Assembly: GCA_016713865.1 (NCBI GenBank)
Contig: JADJOG010000047.1
Coordinates: 26,729-90,728, forward strand
Reading direction: 5' to 3'
DNA from: Flavobacteriales bacterium
GTDB lineage: Bacteria > Bacteroidota > Bacteroidia > Flavobacteriales_F > PHOS-HE28
Length of the DNA stretch: 64,000 nucleotides
Shown here in pieces: positions 9,800-19,945 of the stretch (its first letter is position 1; the number at the start of each line of letters is the position of its first letter). A model generated the notes under the pieces. The model did not search any database and was not told the DNA's origin. It worked only from the letters and a program-made list of their open reading frames with translations. A program made the position numbers and the translations under genes.

Positions 9800-11803
9800 T
9801 CAGAGCTTCGTGAAGGGCTGCTTCCAGACGCCGTTCTCGCCGGTGAGTTGCAGCACGTAAGCGCCTTGGGGCAAGGTGCTCACATTGATGCGACCATCGG
9901 AGATGGCCTCGCGCTTCACCATGCGGCCAGCACCATCGAGCACCACAGCGGTGAGGCGCTCGCCTTGGCCAGCACCGGTGATGGTGATCTGATCCGCAGC
10001 CGGGTTGGGGCTGATGGTGAATGCGTCGGCGGGCAAGGTGACCACGCTGGTGGGCAAGCTCTCGGTGATTTCGAGGAACTGATTGACCGCAACGCCCTTC
10101 ACGACATCCACCACGCCGCTGGGCCAGTAGACCGTGACCTCTTCCACCTGCTCATCCTGGGAGCCCGAAATGCGCGCCAAAGAAGCTCATGTACCGGAAG
10201 CCGTCGCCGCTCTTCACATCGCGGATCTGGTGCCAATGGGGCTGGTCACCTCCACGCGAGCGCCGATGCCATTCTTGTTGCTCAAGGTGCCATGCAGGTT
10301 CACCTGTAGGCAATTGATGTTGTTGCCGTTGTTCATGCGGATGGTGCCGCCATTGAGGACGTCTAAGAAGCCATCGTGGTTGAGGTCGGCCACGGCGCCA
10401 GTGCTCGCTCACCACGGTGGGCGTGAAGGTCCTGTCGCCGTTGTTGAAGTGGATGGTGTTGCTGGCGCCCAGCACATCCACCCAGCCATCGTTGTTGAAG
10501 TCGTGCGCAACCCATTCGATGCTCGTGCCCGGGAACACATCGAAGCCCGAGCCCTCAGTGACATTGGTGAACGTATTTCCGTCGTTGCGCATGAGCTTGT
10601 GGCCGCCCTGCGCGAAGGAGCTGGCGCCGATGAGGATGTCCATATCGCCATCCATGTCGTAATCGGCCCACGCGCTGCTCCAGGTCTGCTGGTAGTCGGA
10701 CAGGCCCATTTCAACGGTCACTTCGGTGAAAGTGCCATCGCCGTTGTTGCGGTGCAGCTGATCCACCGAGGCAGGCACCTGCTGCCCGCCTCGGCACTTG
10801 GCGATGAAGAGGTCGATCAGATGGTCGTTGTTGTAATCGATCCAGATGCTGCCGTAGTTGCCGCCATTCGGCGTATCGCCCAAGCCGCCTTGGTTGTAGG
10901 AGAGTGCGCCGTGCCGTCGTTCAGGTAATACACGTTGGGCTGCACATCGTGGCACACGAAGGCATCGAGGTGGCCATCGTTGTTGATGTCAACGAAGTTG
11001 CTGCGCTGCGAGAACACGTATTGCGGGCCACTGATCTCGGTGAAGCCCGTGCCGTCTTCGGTGGCCATCATGAAGGTGACGCCGCTGCCGCCGCCATAGA
11101 GCAAGTCGAGGTAGCCGTTGGCATCAATATCGCCAGCAGCCATGCTCCAGCTCGGTGTGTAGTCTGCGCTGGTGGTAGGGAAGTCGATGGTGTTGAAGGT
11201 GCCATCGGGCTGCTGGTAGCTGATGCGGACATTGGTGGCCGTGACGGTGACCACATCGTCGTAGCCATCGTTGTTCATGTCCACTGCCGCTTGGCCGCAA
11301 CCAGAGCAGCTGCTGGTCGAAACGGTCTGGTTTGTGAAGCTGATGTAGGTGGGGTTCCAGGGCTGCGTGGTCACCGTGAAGTCGAAGCCCAGGCTCGAAT
11401 AGCGGTTGTCCCAGCCGATGAGGTAGGTAACGCCGGGGTAAGCGTTGAAGACCGCTAGGGTGAGCAGTCCGGCGCCACTGTCGTCATCGCCACCAGCGCA
11501 GGTCAGATTGCCGCACTCGCCGGTATAAATCTGCACGCGCGTGTCAGTGTTGCCGTTCTGCGTGAGGTCGCTGCTCACGAATACGGTTTGGTAGCTGGAA
11601 GGGGTGTACTGGTACCACATGCCAGCGTTAGCGCCGGTGCCGCCGGAACTGCACACGGGCAGCGGAACATCGGTTCCATCCACGGTATCAACCGTGTAAA
11701 CCACACCCGGCGTGATGGTCAGCGCCGTTGCGCAGGAGCTTTGCGCCTGCAGGCGCGCGAATGGGGCCAAGGCCATTAAGGCCAGTGCGTAGGATTGCTT
11801 CAT
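9800..11803 (-). pseudogene. FG-GAP/integrin-alpha-like repeat protein with T9SS C-terminal sorting domain. Split into three ORFs by two frameshifts.
   Basis: Signal peptide MKQSYALALMALAPFARLQAQ. Repeated NNDG(H/Y/W)xD and DMDGDMD FG-GAP motifs. C-terminal ...VLQLTGENGVWKQPFTKL matches the T9SS CTD. Fragments are 10817..11860, 10152..10955 and 9800..10180. Confidence 0.65.
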
Positions 11804-11826
11804 GGTTCGTTTCGTCTGGGTCTGGT

Positions 11827-12927
11827 TCAGTTGCAGGGTCCGGGCAGCGAGTTTATCCATTCTGTGATGAGTGCCACGGCTTCTTGGTGCACAACAGTAC
11901 GGCCCATCAGTGGCATCCTGACGGATTCATCGGTGCTGGCGAGGCGGTGGAGCATCATGCTCCGGAAGGTGTTGCCCGAGGCCACGATGTAGGTGAGCTC
12001 AGGGTTCTCGGGCAGGGGGTCCTCCGGCTCCACGCAAACGCCCATGTTCATGGGGTCGCTGGTGTCTTGCCAGGCGAAGCGCATCGGGCGGTAAGCGCAG
12101 TGCTTGCCTTCGGAGTGGCAATGCGCGCAATTCATGTCCACGTATGCACGCACGCGGTCGTTGAGCGAAACATCGGGGTCGTTCCACTTGGCCACGGGCT
12201 GCGGAGCCGGGAAACCAGCCTCGAGGTAGCCTGCTTCCACCCACTTGCCAATCTGTTCGCGCGGGCCTTCGGGATAATCCACCGAGAGCGCCATGTTGCG
12301 CAATTTGGGGCCGATCGGCATGGGCACGTCGTTCAGCTTGTGGCAGGTGAAGCACTCGGCCCACGCGGGGATTCGGTAATTCTGTTCGTGGTCCACGCCA
12401 GCATCATCGCGCCAAGTGATGGGCACGAATCGGCCATTAAGGTCCAGATGCGCCTCGGTCTGCTCGTCGTTCCACACATAATCGGCGAATAGCCATTGGC
12501 CCGCCTTCTTGATCATGAGCCTCGTTTCCACGATGCGGCGCGTATTCGACGGCTGCACATTGTCGAAGTAGAAGGTCTTGATGAGCACCGTGCCATCGGG
12601 GAAGTCGAGCGGTACGTTGTCGTTCACATAGTTGGCCTTCGTGCCGGCGGGCATCCAAACGAAGCGGAACTTGTGGGCATAGTCGCTGAAGAGCGGCGTA
12701 ATCACATCGTAGGGCAGCACGCCCGAATTGGGCTCGTGCGCGGCCATGGCACCATTGAAGAAACGGTACTGCGAAAGCGTCGGGTAAGGCACCAGATCCA
12801 GATCAACGCTCACAGCTTCGCCTTGCGTGGGGGGAGGCGCGGGGGCGACCACTTCCGCAGGGTCGTGCCTGCAAGCGATGATTGCCGAACCGATGAGAGC
12901 GGTGATAACGATAGTCTTCCAGCGCAT
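11827..12927 (-). CDS. putative di-heme c-type cytochrome lipoprotein
   Basis: Signal peptide MRWKTIVITALIGSAIIAC. Two CXXCH motifs (CFTCH and CAHCH). Length 367 aa. Confidence 0.5.
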   Translation of the reverse strand: MRWKTIVITALIGSAIIACRHDPAEVVAPAPPPTQGEAVSVDLDLVPYPTLSQYRFFNGAMAAHEPNSGVLPYDVITPLFSDYAHKFRFVWMPAGTKANYVNDNVPLDFPDGTVLIKTFYFDNVQPSNTRRIVETRLMIKKAGQWLFADYVWNDEQTEAHLDLNGRFVPITWRDDAGVDHEQNYRIPAWAECFTCHKLNDVPMPIGPKLRNMALSVDYPEGPREQIGKWVEAGYLEAGFPAPQPVAKWNDPDVSLNDRVRAYVDMNCAHCHSEGKHCAYRPMRFAWQDTSDPMNMGVCVEPEDPLPENPELTYIVASGNTFRSMMLHRLASTDESVRMPLMGRTVVHQEAVALITEWINSLPGPCN

Positions 12928-13057
12928 GGTTCCGAACAGGTGCCGCAATCTAGGTGGTGACGAAGCGCGCGCCGATGCCGTTGCACAGCCAACCTGAACT
13001 TCCTGCGCTCCTACCTTGCCGCGCATCGCGGCCAGTTCAGCGGCCGCACCATAAGCA

Positions 13058-15923
13058 ATGCCGGACCAAACGCCGAATGGCGACGATAAGCGCCTCTTCC
13101 TCCTCGACGCCTTCGCGCTCATCTACCGCGCCTACTTCAGCTTCATCCGTGCGCCGCGGATCAACAGCAAGGGCTTCAACACCAGCGCGGCCTTCGGCTT
13201 CACCACCACCCTGCTGGATCTGATCAAGCGCGAGAAGCCTACACACATCGCCGTGGTGTTCGATACTGCTGCGCCCACCGAGCGCCATGAGACCCTGCTC
13301 GACTACAAGGCCAACCGCGAGGAGATGCCCGACGACATCCGCAGCAACCTCGCCTACATCCGCCGCATCATCGAAGCGCTGCGCATCCCCATCCTCGAGA
13401 GCGATGGCTACGAGGCCGATGATGTGATCGGCACTTTAGCAAAGAAGGCCGAGCTCGAAGGCTACACCACTTACATGGTCACGCCCGACAAGGACTTCGG
13501 GCAATTGGTCACCGACAAGATCATCATGTACAAGCCGGGGCGCGGCGGCGATCCGCCCGAGAAGCTCGGCCCCAAGGAGATCTGCGATCGCTGGGGCGGG
13601 CTCACCAGCACTGAACAAGTGAAGGACATCCTCGGCCTCATGGGCGATGCGGTGGACAACATCCCTGGCATCCCCGGCATCGGCGAGAAGACCGCAATCA
13701 AGCTCGTGCAGCAATTCGGATCGTTGGAAGGCGTGATCGAAGGCGTGGAGCAGCTCAAGGGCAAGCAGAAGGAGAACGTGATCGCCTTCGCGGAGCAAGG
13801 CCGCATGAGCAAAATGCTCGCGACCATCAACATCAATGCACCGGTGGAATTGAACCATGATGCATTGCACCTCGATCCGCCCGACAAGGACAAGGTGATG
13901 GAGGTGTTCAGTGAATTGGAGTTCAAGACGCTGGTGAACCGGGTGCTGGGTGCAACAGTTCTGATGAATGGTGGCGGACCGCTGCGAGGGCCAAGTCGTG
14001 AACGCGCACAGCCAAAAAGTCATCAGCTGCGACACCAGGTCAAGTGGATCTCTTCGGCACCACGGTGGATGAGGACGGCAACGTGCAGATGAAGGAGCTG
14101 TCCACCATCGACAGCGTGCCGCACCGCTACTTCCTCGCCGACACCAGCGAGAAGATGTACATGCTGGCCGCGCAGCTGAAGAAGCAGCCGCGCTTCTGCT
14201 TCGATACAGAGACCACCAGCACCGACGAGCGCACTGCCGAACTCGTGGGCCTCGCATTCAGTTGGAAAGCGCACGAAGGCTACTATGTGCCCGTGCCCGC
14301 GGATCGTCCGGAGGCCCAGCGCATCGTCGGCATCTTTCAACCGATCCTGGAGAACGAGGCCATCGGCAAGGTGGCGCAGAACGCGAAGTATGATATCCGC
14401 GTGCTGGCGCGCTACGGCGTGGAGGTGAGAGGCCCCCTCTTCGACACCATGGTGGCGCATTACCTGCTGAAGCCCGACCAGAACAAGCACGGCATGGACG
14501 ACATGTCCGAGGCCTATCTCGGCTATCGGCCCGTGAGCATCGAAGCGCTCATTGGCGAGAAGGGAAGAGGCAAAGTGCAGAAGAGCATGCGCGATGTGGA
14601 TATGCAGTCCGTGAAGGAGTATGCCGCAGAGGATGCTGACATCACCTGGCAACTCTCCGAGAAGTTCTCGCCGCTGTTGGAGCAGGATGAAGTGACAACG
14701 CTCTTCAACGAAGTGGAGATGCCGCTGGTACACGTCCTCGCGGACATGGAGACCGAAGGCATCCGCATCGACATCCCGGCGCTCAAGAACTTCAGCGAGG
14801 AATTGGGCACCGAGCTGATCCGCTTGCAGGAAGCCATACATGCCAGCAGCGGCGTGCCCTTCAACATCGATTCGCCCAAACAGCTCGGCGATGTGCTCTT
14901 CGAGACGCTCAAGCTCGGAGGGGATTGCATCAAGAAGACTGCGAAGACCGGCCAATACCAGACCAGCGAGGACATTCTGCAAGGGCTGAGCAATGCGCAC
15001 CCCGTGATCCCGCTGATCCTCGACTATCGCAGCCTGCGCAAGCTCAAGGGCACCTATGTGGACACGCTTCCCGTAGCCGCCGACCCCGTAACGCATCGCG
15101 TCCACACCAGCTACCTGCAGACCGTTGCCGCCACCGGCCGCCTTGCGAGCAACGACCCCAACCTGCAGAACATCCCCATCCGCACGAGAAGGGCCGCGAG
15201 ATCCGCAAGGCCTTCGTGCCGCGCGATGAGAACTACCAATTGCTCAGCGCCGACTACTCGCAGATCGAATTGCGCATCATCGCGCACATGAGCGGCGACC
15301 ACAACATGCAGGAGGCCTTCCGCCATGGGCTCGACATCCACGCGGCCACGGCGGCCAAGGTCTTCAGCGTCGACATCAACGAGGTGACGCGATCAGCGCA
15401 GCCGCGCCAAGGCCGTGAACTTCGGCATCGCATACGGGCAGGGCGCCTTCGGATTGGCGCAGAACCTGGGCATCCCGCGCGCCGAGGCCAAGCAGATCAT
15501 CGACGACTACTTCGCCCATTCCCCGGCGTGCGCAACTACATGGACGAGATGATCGGCTATTGCCGCACCAACGGCTTCATCAAGACGCTGATGGGCCGAC
15601 GCCGTTACCTGCCCGACATCATCAGCGCCAACAACACCGTGCGCGCGCAGGCCGAGCGCGTGGCCATCAACGCGCCCATGCAAGGCTCTGCCGCCGACAT
15701 CATCAAGGTGGCCATGGTGAGCATCCACCGCGAGCTGAAGCAGCGCCGCATGAAGAGCAAGTTGCTGCTGCAGGTGCATGACGAACTCGTCTTCGACGCG
15801 CACAACGATGAAGCGGAGGATCTGAAAACGCTGGTCCGCGACCGCATGGAGGGCGCGATGCAATTAGCCGTGCCGCTCGTTGTTGACATGGCGCTGGGGA
15901 AAAACTGGTTGGAGGCGCACTGA
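13058..15923 (+). pseudogene. polA: DNA polymerase I, disrupted by four frameshifts (near 14000, 15190, 15395 and 15520). Probably intact in vivo.
   Basis: The 5'-3' exonuclease (13058..14092), 3'-5' exonuclease (14044..15291) and polymerase (14925..15923) domains sit in three ORFs. The conserved [30 protein letters not shown] segment is visible in a third frame inside 15390-15530. Confidence 0.9.
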
Positions 15924-15975
15924 TCGCCACGGGGAGCAACGGGACATTTGAAGCGGTCCAAACCGGGCCTCAATC

Positions 15976-16869
15976 ATGTCCCACACGCCAACCATGCGCA
16001 TCGCTCTCCCGCTGGCCATCGCCTTGCTGCTCGCTTCGTGCGGCGGCGGCGGAACGCCGCAGGACACCCTTCAGACGGACAATGCCGACAGCCTTGAATT
16101 GGCTGAACGCATGAGCCGCACCAAGAAGATCTTCTACAACATCCCCTCGCCCATGGAGACGGCCGCGCTGCTGAAGAAGGCAGGCGCCAGCTACAACGGG
16201 AAGATCCTGAACGATGTGAAGAACGTGGATAAGTACACCGCTGCGAGCAAGCAGGCGCTGAACCTCGGCGTGTACGGCGCCGATCTCAGCTACGCCAGCG
16301 TGTTCAACCACACGCAGGAGAGCATGTTCTACACCAGCTGCGCTCGCCGATTGGCGGATAAGCTGAGTGTCACATCCGCCTTCAATGACAGCACCATGCA
16401 GCTGATGGAGCAGTATCAGAGCGATCGCGAGAAGCTGCTGGAGATCATCAGTGAGACGTACTGGGACATGGACCGCTACCTGAAAGTGAACGATCGCGAG
16501 AACATCAGCGCCCTCATGATCGTTGGCGGCTGGGTCGAAGGCCTCTACATCGCCACGCAGGTGGCTGGAACGAATGCGGCCCCGGAGCTGAGGCAGCGCA
16601 TTGCCGAGCAGAAGCTCTCCTTGGGCGACCTCGTCTCATTGCTCGGCACCTACGGCGACGATCCCACCTTGAATCCAGTGCGCGATGACCTGAAGGCCAT
16701 GCATGCGCTTTACATGGATGTTTCCGTCGGAGGTGGCGGGGCAACCACATCGCAGCAGGATGGCATAACGGTGATCGGATCGGAGAGCGGTGCCGCCACC
16801 CTCACCGATACGCAGCTCAAGGCCATCACCGAGAAAGCCGCCGCCATTCGCAACAACTACATCAACTGA
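15976..16869 (+). CDS. hypothetical lipoprotein
   Basis: LAIALLLASCGG lipobox. No recognisable domain. An alternative start is at 15994. Confidence 0.55.
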   Translation: MSHTPTMRIALPLAIALLLASCGGGGTPQDTLQTDNADSLELAERMSRTKKIFYNIPSPMETAALLKKAGASYNGKILNDVKNVDKYTAASKQALNLGVYGADLSYASVFNHTQESMFYTSCARRLADKLSVTSAFNDSTMQLMEQYQSDREKLLEIISETYWDMDRYLKVNDRENISALMIVGGWVEGLYIATQVAGTNAAPELRQRIAEQKLSLGDLVSLLGTYGDDPTLNPVRDDLKAMHALYMDVSVGGGGATTSQQDGITVIGSESGAATLTDTQLKAITEKAAAIRNNYIN

Positions 16870-16877
16870 CCGCAGCC

Positions 16878-17361
16878 ATGCTCCGCACCGTTATCGCTCC
16901 CGCACTGCTGGCCGCCGGTCTGATGCTCATCACCGGTACGGCCCAGGCCCAATGCAAATCGTTCGCGAAGAACAAATGCGTCCCCGGCCTGCTGCCATAT
17001 AAATTCAATGAGACCTTCAACGGCGCCACCTTGGCACCAGGCGATGAGGCTGAGGTGGCTCTCACCTTCTTCAGCGGTCAAGAGTATCGCGTGATGGTGT
17101 GCGTTCACCAGATCCTGGGCGAAGTGAATTGGAAACTGGTTGATCAGAACAACAAGACCGTTTTCGAGAGCTTGGCTGATGAGCCCAAGACCCCATTTCG
17201 ATTTCAAAGCCGCGAGCACGACGCAGTTGCACGCCGTGGTCTGGGTTCCGAGCAAGTCGAAGAGCGATATGGTGCACACCGGCTGCGTGGCCATCATGGT
17301 CGGCTTCAGGAATAATCGTATCAGCCGCCAACGCGGGCCTGTAAGCCGGCGTAGCGCATGA
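16878..17361 (+). pseudogene. small secreted hypothetical protein, frameshifted at a C4 run near 17195
   Basis: Signal peptide MLRTVIAPALLAAGLMLITGTAQA. The C-terminal continuation ...FDFKAASTTQLHAVVWVPSKSKSDMVHTGCVAIMVGFRNN is in the frame of ORF 17140..17361. Confidence 0.45.
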
Positions 17362-17389
17362 GGAGCCCGGGCCGTAACCCGGGCTCCTC
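17360..17389. terminator. bidirectional intrinsic terminator between convergent genes
   Basis: Perfect 12-bp inverted repeat GAGGAGCCCGGG-ccgtaa-CCCGGGCTCCTC followed by AGTTTCAG. Confidence 0.55.
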
Positions 17390-17393
17390 AGTT

Positions 17394-17837
17394 TCAGCGC
17401 AGTTCGATCCGGCTCTTGCGCTCGAGGTCCGTGAGCGGCTGGAAGCGGAGCAGATGGAAATCGGCTGTGCCGGCCAGCATGCGGATCTCGGATGATGCCC
17501 TGCCGAACTCGCGTCCATCCTGATCCTTGGCGATGGCCATAATCGCCCCTGTGAAATCCTGCTCGGCGATCAAGTACAGCATCAGTCGGTTGTCGCGTCC
17601 TGCGCTGTCTTCCTCGACAACGGTCTTTCCGAGCGAGAGCCCTCGTGCTTTCAGGTCATCAGAAAGCGCCACATCGATGCTCCAGCTCTTCTCGACGCCG
17701 GTGGTCACGCCCTCGATCACCTCTGTAGCAGCTGATCCGGCTATCTCGCCGCCTTTGTTCAGCGCGCTGCGCGTCCCATCGGCCACGCGGCCGCAACCGA
17801 TCAAGGCGGTCGCGGCAAGGAGCAGGACCGGCCTCAT
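17394..17837 (-). CDS. hypothetical lipoprotein
   Basis: LLAATALIGC lipobox. ATGA overlap with the upstream M43 gene (17834..17837). Confidence 0.5.
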   Translation of the reverse strand: MRPVLLLAATALIGCGRVADGTRSALNKGGEIAGSAATEVIEGVTTGVEKSWSIDVALSDDLKARGLSLGKTVVEEDSAGRDNRLMLYLIAEQDFTGAIMAIAKDQDGREFGRASSEIRMLAGTADFHLLRFQPLTDLERKSRIELR

Positions 17838-19888
17838 CGCACCACGAATCGTGCGGCGCGCATGCCGCTGTTCTGAGCAACGCGCACGAAATAGGCACCT
17901 GCTTGAAGCGCGCGCACAGGTAGGTCGAAACGATGCTCGCCTTGCGCGAGCCGGCCCTCGTGCAGCACGGCTGCCGTGCGACCCGTCATGTCGAGCACCT
18001 CGATGCTTGCTGGCCCGCTTAGCGCGATCAAGATGGTCGCTTGCGCTGCGCCTTCAACTGGGTTGGGAGCGATCGCGATGGTATTGGCATAGGGCATCAA
18101 TTCCTCGACTCCGACAGGTTGTCCGTTGAGGTTGATGTCGTCGAGGTAGATGTTGTTGCCGCCATCGCTCTCGAACTCGAACTTGAACCGGAAGTTGGCC
18201 ACGCTATTCGCAGGGACCGCGATGTTGGTCAATTCGGTGAAAGCCCATTGCGAAGCGCTGTTCGGGATGAAGCTCGTTGTGGTCACGGGCGCCGTGGGCA
18301 ACGTGGTGCTGCCGCGCATGATCTTGCGAAGCGACCAGCTGGTGCCGCAATTGGTGCTGGTGTACACGTACAGCACATCGTCGCTTGTTGTGGTACGACG
18401 TGCGTAGGCGTGCCTGAAGGAGAGCCTGATCTCCGTTGCATTGCTCAGGTCAACAGTACGGGAAACCAAGGCATCCGTTCGGCCATTCATCGTTGTCGTG
18501 TTCACGATGCGCGCGCTCTTGCTGCCGGTGAAGGCTGCCGCAGTTGTCACGGTCCACGTGTTATCGCTCTGTGGATTCTCTACCATCCAGTCCGGTGCCG
18601 AGAAGCCGCTTATGGCCTCGAAGCCTTCTTGGAGCGGGGCAGCGGTGCCCGGTACAGCAAGCACGGTGATGTAGTCGACCTGGGTGCTGGTCTGGTTGCT
18701 GGTGCCATCGCTGGCGGTAAGGCTCACAGCGTAGGTGCCTGGCGTGTTGTAGGCGATTGCAGGTGAGGCGGAAGTGGAGGTGGCGGGTGAGCCTCCGGTG
18801 AAACTCCAGATCCGCGAGGTCACAGAATTGTAGCTCTCATCGGTGAAGGTGACTGTGCTTCCCTGGCAGATAACGCGGCGATCTGAACTGAAGGCCGCAG
18901 CGCACAGGACATCGGGCTGGCCAACGCCTGTGGCGGTGAGGTTACTGCCCGCGATGAGTTGGTTGCGCTGTGCCGTGCTGGAGGTGAGTGCAGCGATCAT
19001 TCGGGTCTTCTGTCCGGCGGTGAACATCTTGGAGCAGTAGGAGTACTCCATGAAATTCTCCACGTTGTCCAACGAGTTGCACGTGGTGCCTGAAAGCGTG
19101 CAGGTGGTCCAGCCGATGGTATTGGGCGTATCGGCCACGCCATCGTCGGTGTTGCAGCTGCTGGCCACACCAGGGTTGTTGGTGCCGCCCCATGTATGCT
19201 CCAGATTGATCCAATGGCCCACTTCGTGGGTGAGGGCCCGGCTGCGCGATGCGCTTCCGGTTCCAATGGCCCCGACGTAGGTATGTTGCATCACGATGCC
19301 ATCGGCAGCGCTGAAAATGGCCACCGAGCCTGGCGTGAGTGTGTAGCCGGCAGCGCCATCGGCGTTCGCACATACCCATACATTCAGGTACTTATTGCGC
19401 GGCCACTGGATCAGGTTCTTCATGGTCTGCGTGCCATCGGTGGTCAAGGCGCTAACCGTGCGGGTGATGCCTTTGGTGCAGTTGCCGCTGGGGTCTTTCC
19501 GCGCCAGCTTGAACTCGATATCGACATTGGCCACGATGGGCAGGAACTCGGGCCGCACGTTCTGCCAATCGGGATTCTGCCGGTTGAAGTCCTCGTTGAG
19601 GATGCGCATGGCATCGATCACCTGAGCATCGCTGATGTTCTCCGCTCCGTAATTGTGAATGATGTGGAAGACCACCGGAATGGTATAGGTGCTGCGCGCG
19701 CCCTCAGTGAAGTTGGCAGTCCATTCCTCCAGCTCGGCATTGGCTTGCTGTATCGCATCGATCAACTCTGGCGCATTGCCATGGAGGGCTTCGAGGTGCG
19801 AAGGGTCGTTGTGCTTGCACGGAAGGTGCTGCGCGCTGGTTGCGAAGGCTAAGAGCGCGGCAAACGGTAGAAGAGCGACTCGGATCAT
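17834..19888 (-). CDS. M43 (ulilysin/pappalysin-like) zinc metallopeptidase with T9SS C-terminal sorting domain, paralog 1
   Basis: HEVGHWINLEHTWGG zinc site (HExxHxxxxxH). N-terminal TIPVVFHIIHN M43 region. C-terminal CTD ...YFVRVAQNSGMRAARFVVR. Length 684 aa. Confidence 0.8.
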   Translation of the reverse strand: MIRVALLPFAALLAFATSAQHLPCKHNDPSHLEALHGNAPELIDAIQQANAELEEWTANFTEGARSTYTIPVVFHIIHNYGAENISDAQVIDAMRILNEDFNRQNPDWQNVRPEFLPIVANVDIEFKLARKDPSGNCTKGITRTVSALTTDGTQTMKNLIQWPRNKYLNVWVCANADGAAGYTLTPGSVAIFSAADGIVMQHTYVGAIGTGSASRSRALTHEVGHWINLEHTWGGTNNPGVASSCNTDDGVADTPNTIGWTTCTLSGTTCNSLDNVENFMEYSYCSKMFTAGQKTRMIAALTSSTAQRNQLIAGSNLTATGVGQPDVLCAAAFSSDRRVICQGSTVTFTDESYNSVTSRIWSFTGGSPATSTSASPAIAYNTPGTYAVSLTASDGTSNQTSTQVDYITVLAVPGTAAPLQEGFEAISGFSAPDWMVENPQSDNTWTVTTAAAFTGSKSARIVNTTTMNGRTDALVSRTVDLSNATEIRLSFRHAYARRTTTSDDVLYVYTSTNCGTSWSLRKIMRGSTTLPTAPVTTTSFIPNSASQWAFTELTNIAVPANSVANFRFKFEFESDGGNNIYLDDINLNGQPVGVEELMPYANTIAIAPNPVEGAAQATILIALSGPASIEVLDMTGRTAAVLHEGRLAQGEHRFDLPVRALQAGAYFVRVAQNSGMRAARFVVR

Positions 19889-19945
19889 TTCAGATGGGCT
19901 GTTGGCCCGGCTAATCTATGACGCGTCGGAAGAGTCGCGAGGGAA

